A stretch of 64,000 nt of DNA. Origin: Glycera tridactyla (lineage: Eukaryota). Position numbers and translations under genes: made by a program. This document shows, piece by piece, positions 40,401 to 50,881 of this stretch. The notes under the pieces are model-generated. The model saw only the letters and a program-made list of their open reading frames with translations. It did no database searches and was not told where the DNA came from. The stretch lies in NCBI GenBank assembly GCA_965644265.1, contig OZ286462.1, positions 35,836,001-35,900,000 of the forward strand, in the 5' to 3' direction. Numbering within the stretch: the first letter of the stretch is position 1; each line of letters opens with the position of its first letter.

Positions 40401-43400
40401 GATCAAAATATGATACCACCAGATGAGTGATTCTCGCTGCCAGCATCTGTGTAATATCTCAGAGATGCGGTACCATGCTGAATGTATTGATTTTGGATGA
40501 AATCAATTCTATTCTACTCTATTTGATCTACGACTGTCAGATTTCTGAACCTATAATCTCCGCTGCCCCTAGAACCATTTTCCTGAAGGTTCAAGTCTAT
40601 TACAATATGTATATGAATGATAAGAAAAAAATGTACAAGTTTGACCAAAGATAGGAAACAAGACCCACAGCTGGGACATCAATCTCTGATGACCCAAAAT
40701 AATAATAATACTGATTTTCAAGTTTAATGGACCAATATATGCAAGGATGAAAGAGAGGGTTTCTAATTTTTGGGAGGGATGCTATGCAGAATATGTGAAT
40801 ATTTTGCTTCAAAAAGACACTACTCCAAAATCATAATAGCTGGCATCTCTACCATTGTGACTCTGGTGTTTTGATTTGCGTGGCCAGGATCTGTAGTATT
40901 ATATGGACTAGAGCATCTAAATAAATACACAGATGATTTGTTTTCTCTCAGACAGCATCAATGCTTCTTCTATGAAATCATCATATCTTCTCTCTAGATA
41001 TGAGCTCTCGAGCCATTCGCATGCTGCAGTTGAATGCAGTTCTCTTGATCATATCATATCTATGTTCAACCTCACATCCACAAAGTGATGACTGCCGAAG
41101 ATTTATTCCATCATCAACTGGAAAGAAGAATGCTCGGTAAGCGCAGCCATAAAAATACAGCCTGTTCACTTCAAGAAAGCGTTAGCCACCTTCGACTTCC
41201 AGCGAAGACAGGTTTTCTTGAGAAGAATCAACTTGTTTAAAACTGGCATCTTATCTCTCTCCCAGCTCTATAAGCAAGTGGCGGGCCCAGAGGTAACCAA
41301 GCTCAAAACAATATATCAGAACAAGTAGGTGGCATTCTTTCATCACAGTACTGCATGAATGCGGGGCAGTGTTTACAAACAATCACCTATCTAACCACTG
41401 AAGGCGGATCCCAAACCCAACAATGAAATGCAAACAATGCATGACTGGGAGAGCTGGGTCGCTACTGAACTCGTTTGAGTGCATTTCTCTTTTTTTGATA
41501 GTGAATCAAACAATCTCCAAAGGGCCCCTAGACTCAAATATTCAGGGGCTGAGGCAAAAATCCAGGGGCCAAGCACTTTTGTAGGACACAAAAAGCCAGC
41601 AGAGGCCCTAAAAGCCTTGGGCAGATTCATATGCCAGTACGGAATAAAAATCTCAATTCAAAATGAGTACATAAACATAGCAGCCGACATAGGCTATCCC
41701 AATTCTGATTTGCATTTGGGGACCAATATATTTTATGGCAGCTTCTTGAAGTTCTTGTGTATATATGCATCAAGACATCAATTTTCCAAGAGCAACAAAT
41801 GAGATTTTCCCTATTTAGCTGGGACACTGTACCTATACAACCTACGCAATCTCTCACTAATATCCTCATTATTCACTACATGTGCTGATATCTAACGGGA
41901 TTGCCGAACAACAGAATTTTCATGGATGTTTGACTAATTTAGAGTCTGAATCTGCATGATACATTGCCATTTTTCCCATCTAACTAGCATCACATGTGCT
42001 ATGGTGAGAAACCCAATGCAATGTACATTGCTTGAGAAGGATGGAATTATAACACAGACCAGAATGCAGTTTCATCATGAATGAGTTACAGCTTACAGAC
42101 AGAAGAGGCACCACTTGAAGACGGACCAGTTGGATAAGGATGCCATCTTCTGGACTTTTTATTAGCTCATGTTTGTTGTGGAATGGCTGCTGTATCTGGA
42201 AATCATCAAAACATTCACTGACATCAACTAAATATAACTTGAATCTGCTCGGTGCAGTATAATTCACACATGCCAATTCACATGCTCAACGGGTTTGGCC
42301 AAGAATCTAGAAGGTGACTGACCCCCAGTACAACTCTATTTTGAGCAAAAATACCTCACCCAACTTTTGCCTATTTTTCTCAGAATGGTCAACCTTTGAT
42401 ATCTGACAAAATTTCTGTAAAAACAGACTGGCAGAATACTCTCACTGCTTGTCAACAACAAGTTTTACAGTACAATAAGGGCCACAAATCTGGTTGAAAA
42501 ACTTTCTCACTAATTTATACACTATTCACCAAATTGTTTCTGCACTGGTTGAACACAGGAAAACAATGAAATCTGGGCAATACTGCTCTGTCTTTCAACC
42601 AACTTTCTTTTGGTTGTATTCAATCTACTCGAAAAATCCCATCCTGCATTGGATCCTGATCTGAGAATGGTGTCACTAGCGAAGTATGCCAGCCATGTTT
42701 TCAAAGTCGAATTAGCCCCGCCCAACCATCAACAAGCCTACAAAGAACCACACAGCTGGTAGTCATTACTGCTTCTATAACACTGGGGCCTCATCGGTTC
42801 TGCCACCTCTATAGAGTTTATTTCTGTACACTTATGATGCAGAGTGTTTCCAGCTAAACTTCATGCAGCTTGCTCAAAAAGCCTGATGCGCTTGCTTGAA
42901 AGATTGATGGCATTTGGGGAGTGAAGATTACAACCAGGGAGCTCCCCTTCAGAACTGTGCTCCCCGGGTTATGCTTTGGGGAGTGTTCCATCATGTTGGT
43001 GTATGTTCAATAATAAACATGTCTGGCTGTGTGGTTTCACTGAACATCAGGAGTAATGGTGAAGTGCCATCTGGTGTTAATAATCATATTGAGAGGTGAT
43101 GTAATCCACCAGGTGCTGTAGGTCTTCCATCTTTACTCTGTCTTTCACCTAGCGTTGGCCAGGTTGTTTTTAGTGAAGGTAATTCCATTGGACTTCAAAT
43201 ACAGTAAAAATATGCCTGAGTTGCTGTTTATGTTGCAAACTTGCCTGAGTTGCGGTTTGAGTTGCCGGCAGCATCAACAATGATCATGCATATTAATGCA
43301 TACACATGGGCATACATGCACACACTCAAACACATACTAAGAAACACACAGATAAAGGCACAGACCAGCTCAAATGCCAACCACAAGGGGTTTCTCAAAA

Positions 43401-45745
43401 GAAGTGGTCTTTTATTGGAGGTATATTTAACTATGCCAGATAGAAAAGAACCAATGGAAAGCTGTCTCCTCAAAGAGGGTGATCTCCCAAAAGAGGGGTC
43501 TCTCAAAAGAGATTTCACTGTATTTGCACTGAATTGGTGAGATATTTGTACAAGCTGCCAGCTAATTACTTCAGAATCAAAAATGAAGGTACAGCACCTG
43601 CTGACAACAAACAACGCATGCCTCCTACTTTCTTGTGAACATTTTTTATCAAGCGACTGAAGCAGAAGGCCTTCATTCATAACATACATGGGCTTTCACA
43701 AAATTGACGTGGGGGTTGAAGCCTGGAGTCAACAGTAGGTGGATATCATGCCATCTAGTGGATTGTTAGGGAACCTGTAGAAGTCTTGCATTTCTCATCT
43801 GCTCTCTAGTGGAGTACATCTGATTCAGCTGAGGATAAGACTGCCACCTAGTGATACCATACTTTCCATTTGTACATGATCCCACTAGGTGGCACTACCA
43901 TCCCTGCCATCATAGCAGTCCACCCTTTGATTCCTGTAGCTGCTACACTACTTTGATTCACAGAGAAAGGAAGCCTGTAATGACAAGTCATATGATAAGG
44001 AATCTTCTGTATGAAGATCAATCTACAGGGAAGTTGTGAGATTTTGTTCAAATACCAAATAATACAATTAACATTTGGGATGATCAAAACTTCATGAATT
44101 GCTATTCACAAACCAATGGAACTCATATCATAATCATCAAGATCAGAATGGGTGACAGATTAAATTGGTCCATGCAAGGAGGCTCAGATGAGAGAATCAC
44201 TCACCAAGGACACCTCCATGGCAGGCCATTTCATTCACAGCAACCATCAATGTACTCCTCTAGGCACCTACAAGCCTGCAGGAATGTACACACCAGCCCC
44301 TGGGGCTAGTAAGTGGCAGATGTTATTCAGAGGGATTTCCAGTAAGGGAGGCTGAGAGACTGAGCTCCAAGAGGAACAGAGCATCTGGTTTTCATTAGAA
44401 GGAGTCTTCAAGCATCCCATGCCTCACTTAGCCCAATTTCCATCACCACATGCAATGTCTGCCGATTTTCCATGGAAGGAACACTGCGATATTCAGGCAC
44501 ATACTGGAATTTGCCATGTTCAATGACTTGGAGGGCAAACATGGTCCAAAATTTGTGGTGGACATGCAATGATGTCAATTATATGTGGTCTGTTAACAGA
44601 GCTCAACACTTAGGCCTCCCCTAATCACACAAATGGGTAAATACAGTGTCAAGGCACGTAATTTTCATCAGTCTCCTTCCCAGGGAGATAATCATTACTC
44701 AGTCCATGATAATATACAGGAGGACAGGTGTTAATATTTGTAATGGTAGGCGAAGATCCCACATCCCTTTCCAAAAGGTCAGCTGATAAAAAAAAAGTTC
44801 CTGTAGAGCCCTGGTGAAAAGAAAAACAATACAGCACTGTTTTCATTTACAATGAAAATATATTTTGGCTACATAAGATGAACGAAGAACATAGTGATAA
44901 CTTACCCATCTGAATTTGGATCAGCATTTTGGTCCTCATCGAACACCACTTGAATTTGCTTGCGGGAATCGCTGACAACGATCTCATCTGGTAATGGCGG
45001 TGGTGGCTGTGGCGGTAAATCTTCAAGTGGCTCCACCTTCTGGATCTCTGCAGGAGGGGCGCTTGATGGCAGTTGTGGTGGCAAGTCCGAACTTGGCAGT
45101 GATTGGTCCTCGTTATCACCTAACATGCTCTCTGCCTTCCCATTGGCTGAGTTGGTGAAAGCAGGACTATTTGAATTAGAATGGGACTGAGTTTGGCTAC
45201 TACTGGCTGAGTTTGTTTCATCAGGCGATGGGAAAGACAGGTTAGAGGGTATTTCTACAGTTTTGTACAAACCATGAGGGGCTTTGGCTTCTTGTGGGAT
45301 GGGCGGTCGGTCCACCGGTCGAGAAGAGGACACGCTCATCTTCATATCCTGTGCTGCTTTTGAATGATACTGCATTCGCACTGGATTCAAAATTGTACCC
45401 TGTGATGAAATTCTACGGGCTTGTTGACGAAGCTGGTCGGCGTAGTAATCCGCCTTCGGAGTCTGATCGAAATCGGTGGTGAGGTTATTTACAAAACTAG
45501 CATTTGGCTGCATGGGCGATTTAAACTCCGGTTTGGGAGGCGGCTTATAATCCGGGTAGCGTTCCTTCTGTACCGCAGGTCCATTTTTGTTGTTGCTCCG
45601 ATAATTGCGAGCAGGGAGCGGCGGCGGCGACATGCTATCTTCGCCATCTTTGACAGAACTATTTACTGCGGTGACTTGATAACTGAACTGTTTGTGGGTG
45701 TAGTCATGGGCAGGTGTCTTGGTTGGCGAAGAATTATTGCTGGAA
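8826..45745 (-). CDS. Shroom: Shroom-family protein (ASD2/SD2 domain, ROCK-binding actin scaffold); 5'-incomplete six-exon CDS of about 995 aa
   Basis: Exons 44906-45745 (phase 2-2), 11873-13354 (2-2), 10796-10922 (2-0), 10213-10314 (0-0), 9475-9648 (0-0) and 8826-9089 (0-stop) join in frame via GT-AG introns, 2989 nt in total. The product has ASD2 hallmarks: IVARQIRDADKRLSDVILPP..TMDYVGGIF, EELESRIKRKLEILRDE..DIASNNELG, LLLKISGRLARADNAL and [33 protein letters not shown]. Confidence 0.93.
9475..9648 (-). CDS. Shroom: Shroom ASD2 exon IRIVVESKC...LLLKISGRLAR...APVTQK
   Basis: Acceptor gttttag|ATT, donor AAG|gtaagt, 174 nt, phase 0-0; carries the conserved SGRLAR motif. Confidence 0.93.
10213..10314 (-). 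CDS. Shroom: Shroom ASD2 exon EELESRIKRKLEILRDERESIKTDIASNNELGAQ
   Basis: Acceptor ctttttcaccag|GAG, donor CAG|gtatgt, 102 nt, phase 0-0. Confidence 0.92.
10796..10922 (-). CDS. Shroom: Shroom exon SSSSAPSCAPFWSPSDSSLSDCKTEKILKDLGIAENSLQRQK (missed by the ORF track)
   Basis: Acceptor tttttgtag|G, donor AAG|gtgagt, 127 nt; phase 2-0 exactly bridges the flanking exons. Confidence 0.88.
11250..11406. mobile_element. MITE family A in a Shroom intron
   Basis: TA|cagtgaaaactgcg...cgcatgtttcacta|TA. Confidence 0.8.
11873..13354 (-). CDS. Shroom: Shroom large internal exon (low-complexity region, tandem RRxS repeats, start of ASD2)
   Basis: Lies inside ORF 11869..13479; acceptor gttgacag|G at 13356-13355, donor AA|gtaagt at 11872-11871; 1482 nt, phase 2-2. 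Confidence 0.92.
13682..13747. mobile_element. MITE family A, half copy
   Basis: gaccacc...tagggtggtctctcatcacaggtttcactg|TA. Confidence 0.65.
14563..14643 (-). CDS. Candidate 81-nt symmetric cassette exon of Shroom (GIPFPKSAPKETVNMVAIKVFVQRMM)
   Basis: ctaat branch-like site, acceptor tatactctcactccacgcag|T and donor GG|gtaagt; phase 2-2 with no stop. Confidence 0.4.
15159..15384. other. Assembly gap or masked run (226 N)
   Basis: N run preceded by gtgc/ggca simple-repeat sequence. Confidence 0.99.
16880..17033. mobile_element. Second copy of the CAGTG-terminal element, internally deleted
   Basis: Shares gtcaatgagatgaag...gagactaccccca and the aaattggcaccactg end; flanks aaaaga/aataga (5/6). 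Confidence 0.65.
18020..18150. mobile_element. MITE family A, degenerate
   Basis: gtggtctctcactggaggtatatatttg...aaagtttcactg|TA. Similar degenerate copies lie at about 18910-19045, 25828-25899, 39038-39145, 43385-43520, 47555-47670 and 52961-53130. Confidence 0.6.
20875..21051. mobile_element. TA-flanked MITE, family B
   Basis: TA|caatcaaacctg...caggttaaattg|TA with gaccacctgcct motifs. Confidence 0.65.
24346..24568. mobile_element. 223-bp non-autonomous hAT-like element with a 5-bp TSD
   Basis: Perfect TIR cagggctctac / gtagagccctg, aagat on both sides, internal acctgccc/gggcagg repeats. Fragments lie at about 15610-15750, 36245-36280, 39197-39240, 44785-44813 and 52818-52900. Confidence 0.8.
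28386..28460. repeat. (AATC)n microsatellite
   Basis: About 18 near-perfect units; shorter related tracts at about 26090-26125 and 37410-37500. Confidence 0.95.
29846..29980 (+). pseudogene. Decayed Ulp1/SUMO-protease-like (C48) catalytic-motif fragment, probably transposon-derived
   Basis: Translates NGANCGLFSLAMAF...MNMKRPHFV...EKVDRYP, resembling the QxNGxDCGLFAIAFA...MRxHL...FP pattern of transposon-borne Ulp1-like domains. A 10-nt duplication just upstream shifts the frame. Confidence 0.45.
34806..34983. mobile_element. TA-flanked MITE, family B, best-preserved copy
   Basis: TA|cagtcgaacctc...gaggtttgactg|TA (11/12 TIR match) with repeated ggtggtctttata subterminal units. Confidence 0.88.
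37746..38188. mobile_element. About 440-bp CpG-rich MITE-like element with bipartite terminal inverted repeats
   Basis: taaagtctgtcaa-N9-tggcgggtacgttt at the left versus aaacgtacccgcca-N9-ttgacagagttta at the right (perfect 14-bp inner repeat, 12/13 outer). Confidence 0.7.
39252..39402. mobile_element. TA-flanked MITE, family B
   Basis: TA|cagttgaatctg...caggttcaactg|TA (11/12 TIR match). Confidence 0.8.
40036..40219. other. Assembly gap or masked run (184 N)
   Basis: N run preceded by atgt-rich simple sequence. Confidence 0.99.
43749..43895. promoter_or_regulatory. Cluster of four CTCF-like motifs (three minus, one plus)
   Basis: TCCACTAGATGGCA (-, 43762-43749), TCCACTAGAGAGCA (-, 43813-43800), TCACTAGGTGGCAG (-, 43854-43841) and CCACTAGGTGGCAC (+, 43882-43895), compared with the consensus CCACYAGRKGGC. 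Confidence 0.45.
44906..45745 (-). CDS. Shroom: Shroom upstream proline/serine-rich exon (PPPLPARNY, DYYADQLRQQARRIS, LPPQPPPPLP)
   Basis: Lies inside ORF 44902..45783; acceptor gtgtgttgcag|T, donor GG|gtaagt; 840 nt, phase 2-2, compatible with the 13354 acceptor. Same strand and similar composition to the large exon; assignment to the same gene is inferred. Confidence 0.8.
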
Positions 45746-47114
45746 CTGCAACACACAAATACAAAATGATACATTAGAAACAAGCATCAACAACGAAAAG
45801 TATGCATATCAAATTGTCTGCAAAGAACATTTTGTACCAAAGCAAGACCTGGAATTGAGAAAGATGGTACACAATTTGATAAGTGCTGTTAGTTGAATTG
45901 TTCGACGAAACCCATCCATGGCAAGCGATAATTCATGAAGTGACCATGACCGTTCACCTCAGTGACATTGATCTACAAATTGGAAAAAACATAAGGCTAG
46001 AAGCAGGAGATTCTCAACAAATAAGACCGAATGAAATCATACCGAGGGCAGCGTGAACCTGGTAACGACAACCTTGAATGTGACAAATGGCCGGACAGAT
46101 GACTGCATATAAGGTGCTGATGAGATGTGTTTAGCTGGGCTATCGCAAATAAACTGGCAAATAAACCAACGCTCACGCTATCTATACAAGCTCAAGTTGA
46201 GGATGGGAAATGGGAGACTCCCTCAGACCATACATCACCTGCATTCAATTTACTTTCTATTTTACCCCCTCTTAAATTCCACAGTTATCTCACATCAGAA
46301 ACTTGGCATCAAAGACTTTGTGATAACTCTAATGCAGATGTCTCGGGAGACAGAGAACCAAAACAGTTGCTACATCATGTACAGTCCGTGAACAGCATTC
46401 AAATAACTCATCTTCATGGGGGACATCTCATTTGGGTAGAAAAGGGTTAACTTCGAAAGCCAGTGTCATTCTATGCATGCTAGAAGAGCACCCGATATCT
46501 TTTGTAAATATGACCTTCAAAACACTGGGGGAGGAATCATCTAGATTAAAATTAGGACTATCACAGACCATATTCATTTGGCCACAATGGAATATGCAGT
46601 TTTTTTCAGGATAGGGACAAAATATGACTTCGTTCAATTCAAGAAATGAGACTATTTCTCCATTTGATTCACATATAGGGGAAAAGTGTGACCTAATTCT
46701 GGTTTATCTTCCTCCCTGAGGTCATAATCAAGACTGGAATCAAGATAACCCTGACATCTGTCAATCTGATGAGTAGATCATCTTCCGGCGGGATTCTAGA
46801 TTTTCAATTGTAATGGTCCTGCCAGAATGTAAGTGCGTTCTTTGAAATATCTTCATTTTATACCAGTCACACCATTTTGCAGCCTAATTCTTCGCAGTCT
46901 ACATGTAGCTGGTTCTTTTTCTACCAATCTATACACACATTCGATATTCACACTTCACACATATATGTCACACCCATATTTCCACAAACACACACTACAC
47001 AACATTACACCTAACACACCAAATGTTAAATAAAATGGAAGTTAACAATGAGAATCCAGATAACTGAATGCTCCCTGGGGGAAGAACATTGCACTAATAG
47101 TAGCACTCACATTA

Positions 47115-47278
47115 CAGTGTATCCTGCCTAAAAAGACCACCCTTGTCTGCGTTAAAATGTGGTCTTTGTATATAAGTGATTGGTTGCAATGTGAAATACT
47201 CAAATGGTCGTCGCTCAGGGTGGCCTTTGCAGGCAGGTGGCCTTCCTGAGGGGGCGGTCTCTCTAGCAGATTCAACTG
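47115..47278. mobile_element. TA-flanked MITE, family B
   Basis: TA|cagtgtatcctg...cagattcaactg|TA with internal ggtggcc/ggcggtct repeats. Confidence 0.75.
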
Positions 47279-48409
47279 TACTCATTTAATTTGCAGGATA
47301 AGAGAGTAAGATCTCCTCTACAGAGTGAAGAGACTGCATGACAGGGGCCACAAGTTGAAAACATGATACTAGAGATGGTTGTCTAGATTTCCTGCTGATA
47401 ACATCCAGGGGCCTTCCTCTCTGTCATATGTAAACATTCATACACCCGCTGATTGGCCGCCCCAAATTGCCTCCTGATATTGTGCTTTTCAGCTACAAAT
47501 GGAATCTTCCACACTGCCAGTGTACTCAGTGACTGAAATCAAAGTATGTCTGAACTTGTGATGAGTGACTGCCCTAAATGTCACTGAACAGAGGTGGTCT
47601 CTTGTCAGAGGTATAGCTGACTAGGTCAAAAAGAATATCTGCCCTGAAAATGTAGTCTCCTCAAAAGTTTTCATACAACCAAACATCAATATTCGGCACA
47701 ACCCACTTTTCACAGGGTTACTTGCCATATTTGTATAAACATACCTCAGACTACTTGAAGTGCCAAAAGTGCCAAATCTCAATTAAGATCAATAGCCGCT
47801 GTATATTGCTAAGTGTGGTGAGATATGAGAGATTATGCTCATGAAATCACCACTTTGGGTGATTCACCATAAGATGACAAGACTTCCTCATGACAAAGGC
47901 TGGCCCCACCCTAAGTGGTATCTTTCATTTATCTTAATTTCATCTGGGACAATTCCCAAAGTTCAAATCTGAATTGAATATAAAGGAAATACCATTCCAT
48001 GCAAAGCAAAGTATGAAAAACGAAAAAAAAAAGAGAGATTCGCACGAAAAAAACAAACAAGCAGCTTACCACATCACAGCTGATCTTTCACACAAATGCC
48101 TCACAAATGACCACATCCAGTGTGTTGCCGTGGAAATAAGTATATAGAACTGACAGATCAAAGGCAGAGATCAACAATGATAGCTACCCACATCCAATAC
48201 GACACCGAATAGATCCCACACCGCATGCTCAACCCGAGGAAGTGTCGTACAACATCCCAGACACCGAGACTAGCGACACAAAATGGTGAGTTACTCACTG
48301 GAAGAGGAGTCAGTTATGAGTCACGGTCTCTAGGCAACTGGTATTGATGCCATGGAATGGTAGGATGCTGGGGTGACAGCGAGAATGCCAGCTGTGATGC
48401 TGGTGGTAG

Positions 48410-48465
48410 AGATGATGAGGATGATGATGTTGATGATGATGATGATGATGTTGACAATGATGATA
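48410..48465. repeat. (GAT)n trinucleotide tract
   Basis: gatgatgaggatgatgatgttgatgatgatgatgatgatgttgacaatgatgat. Confidence 0.85.
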
Positions 48466-48557
48466 TTTTTACTATTAAACTCAGATAATAAGGAATTGGA
48501 GTTTTCTCCGTCCATTCCACACCCTCACATTTACGACTATTGCTGAAAAGACTAGAT

Positions 48558-48741
48558 CAGTGATGTCAATGAGATGAAGTTAAACCTTTCGGAAATATGG
48601 AAACATTTTCTTGAAACTACCACCACATATCATCAAAAGTATTTGTTGTGAAACTTCCAACCAGAATTAGGCGTCTCTGAAATTGATATTTTCCGACCGA
48701 TTTTCAGATTTCTACAGAATTTTGGAAAATTGGCACCACTG
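48558..48741. mobile_element. 184-bp non-autonomous hAT-like element with a 6-bp TSD
   Basis: TIR cagtgatgtcaat / attggcaccactg (11/13); ctagat directly flanks both ends. Confidence 0.7.
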
Positions 48742-50810
48742 CTAGATCAACATCTGACTCTCCGAATTCTGATTAAAATGAGGAGAGGTTGGATCAACAT
48801 AGACCTCTCAGTAATGCGAGGAGAAGCTGGAATTTCCAATGTCCAGACTGAGTTCTCGCTCACTGGAGTTACACGCACATTTCAAAATTGTTTGTAAACA
48901 TTAGTCTAATCAACATTTATTGCGCAATGGCCAAAACAGGTTACAAATTTGCGAAAAAATTCATATACACCAAATTTCAAGATGAGGGCCTGAAATCATC
49001 TGAAAGAGTTCTAGTGCTGTGTCTATATGCCACATCGATCGAGAGACAAACACAGACAGATCACAGAGATTCGCATGAATAATTCTGCTCAAACATACAG
49101 CAGCCTTGTCTGCATTGAACCAGATGCACCAAAGTTACAATGATGGATTTGACACCACATTTTGTTATCAAGTGTAATCTGACAGAGATTTAACATACTA
49201 AAAATGTCCCACCACTACCATGAAATTCTTTTTCAAAATGAGAATGAAATAAATGCAAAGGATGAATACACAATGGAGTAGATAAGAAATGTGGCATATA
49301 CTTTTCCGAAATGTGTGTTAGAGAAATTCACCTAAATATGTTATATAAACCACAAAACATTCTAATAATATTTGACTCGAAAATGACTACTCATGAACAA
49401 AGGTCTGAATTTTGATGCCAAACAATAGTGGACCATTTGATGATCTGAGATTTAAAAGGTTAATACAACTCTGGAATGCTGTCATGTCCACCAATACATG
49501 CCAGGCTGGCAACTCAACTCACTCCGCCAACAAAAACAACATGACATTTTTTAAACCAACTTTTGTTTTTCTTTCATATTCAACTTTTCGAATATGAGCT
49601 ATGGAACCAGCCGCAAGATCTGTCCTATCCTGTCATTCTGAGGTATGAAAAGATCTATGGTCCACTGGTCCATTTGTATTGTGGGCCAATCAGTGCCAAG
49701 AAAACATTGGCCCAGGTCAACTCCTGAATTCTTTGAAGGTCTACTTCAGTGTGTTGGAAATACTAATTATCCAGGTGATGACTAGGGTGGAAGAATACTA
49801 AGGCTAGGCCAAGGAATAGTTCAGCTATGACTCCATAGCCAGGTCCTCTGATAGACAACAGACATTTGTTATTGAAAATATATGGTACAAATGACTATAC
49901 AGTCAAACATGTCCTAAGCAGTGTGCCACAGGAAGCCATGAAACTATGCGCTTAGAGCAAGTTCATGCTTAGGACAGATGGAATATTGTGACAAGATATA
50001 TACTTAGGTGGCGAGAGAATTCGGACGGATCCTGAGAGCTTCGACTTTTCATAAACCACTGAGAGTGCAGCAAAAATTCATCTCCACAAGATCTTGAAAC
50101 CAGTTTGTGAAGGTTAGGTTCTTGCTTGGTAACTCTGCGACCAAGATCAGCTCTGACTTTGACATACCAGCCCCAGTTTCATCTTCATCATCTGCAGGCA
50201 ATTACCCCACATATTACACCAAAATATGCCACAATTCTGATGGTTGTCACAAAGATCAAATACTCATGATGGTGGTGACAGGGTGGTGACAGGGTGGAGT
50301 TTGTTGTTATGAGATGTCAAGGTTAGAACCCCAAACAATAACAGCTGATTTTAACATAGATCCTCAATTCAACTGTTCATAGTCTGTTTGCTGGGGTAAC
50401 AATTTCTTCAGTGTGGGATTTTCTCTCTTTCGTCTTAATCTTTAATCACACCGTTTATCATATGATTGAACAAATGGCTGTCTTCGGGGGGGAGAAGCCT
50501 GCAGTGGATGGAGATGGAAGATTCTTTTTCAAGAGGATCTGCCAAATATGTGGAATCTCTATCACAAAGAAGGGTGGCAGGAGTAAGGGACAACTGGGCA
50601 AGTGTCAGTCCTTTGTATATATGAATATAAACAATTTTCAATATATCATACCCTCATGACAAGATCCTACAAGAAGTGTCATGGTAAAAAGGTAAACAAA
50701 ACAAAACTCCCCGACAGAAGCTGACATCATGAACCCGAAGTGGAAAGGGGGAGGGGAGGGAGGTTTTCATGAGTCACCAGCAACCTGAGCAGGACAAGTT
50801 TAACTCTTAC

Positions 50811-50881
50811 CTTTCCATAGTGAATTTTGATGACCTAACTAATAATGTCTTCCCAGCGAAGAGTGGATATTCCTTCCTATG
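50811..50881 (-). CDS. Candidate upstream Shroom exon (HRKEYPLFAGKTLLVRSSKFTMES, or a UTR exon with ATG GAA AG start)
   Basis: Acceptor cattttccattgccag|, donor AAG|gtaaga; ends in phase 2, compatible with the 45745 acceptor. Confidence 0.3.
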
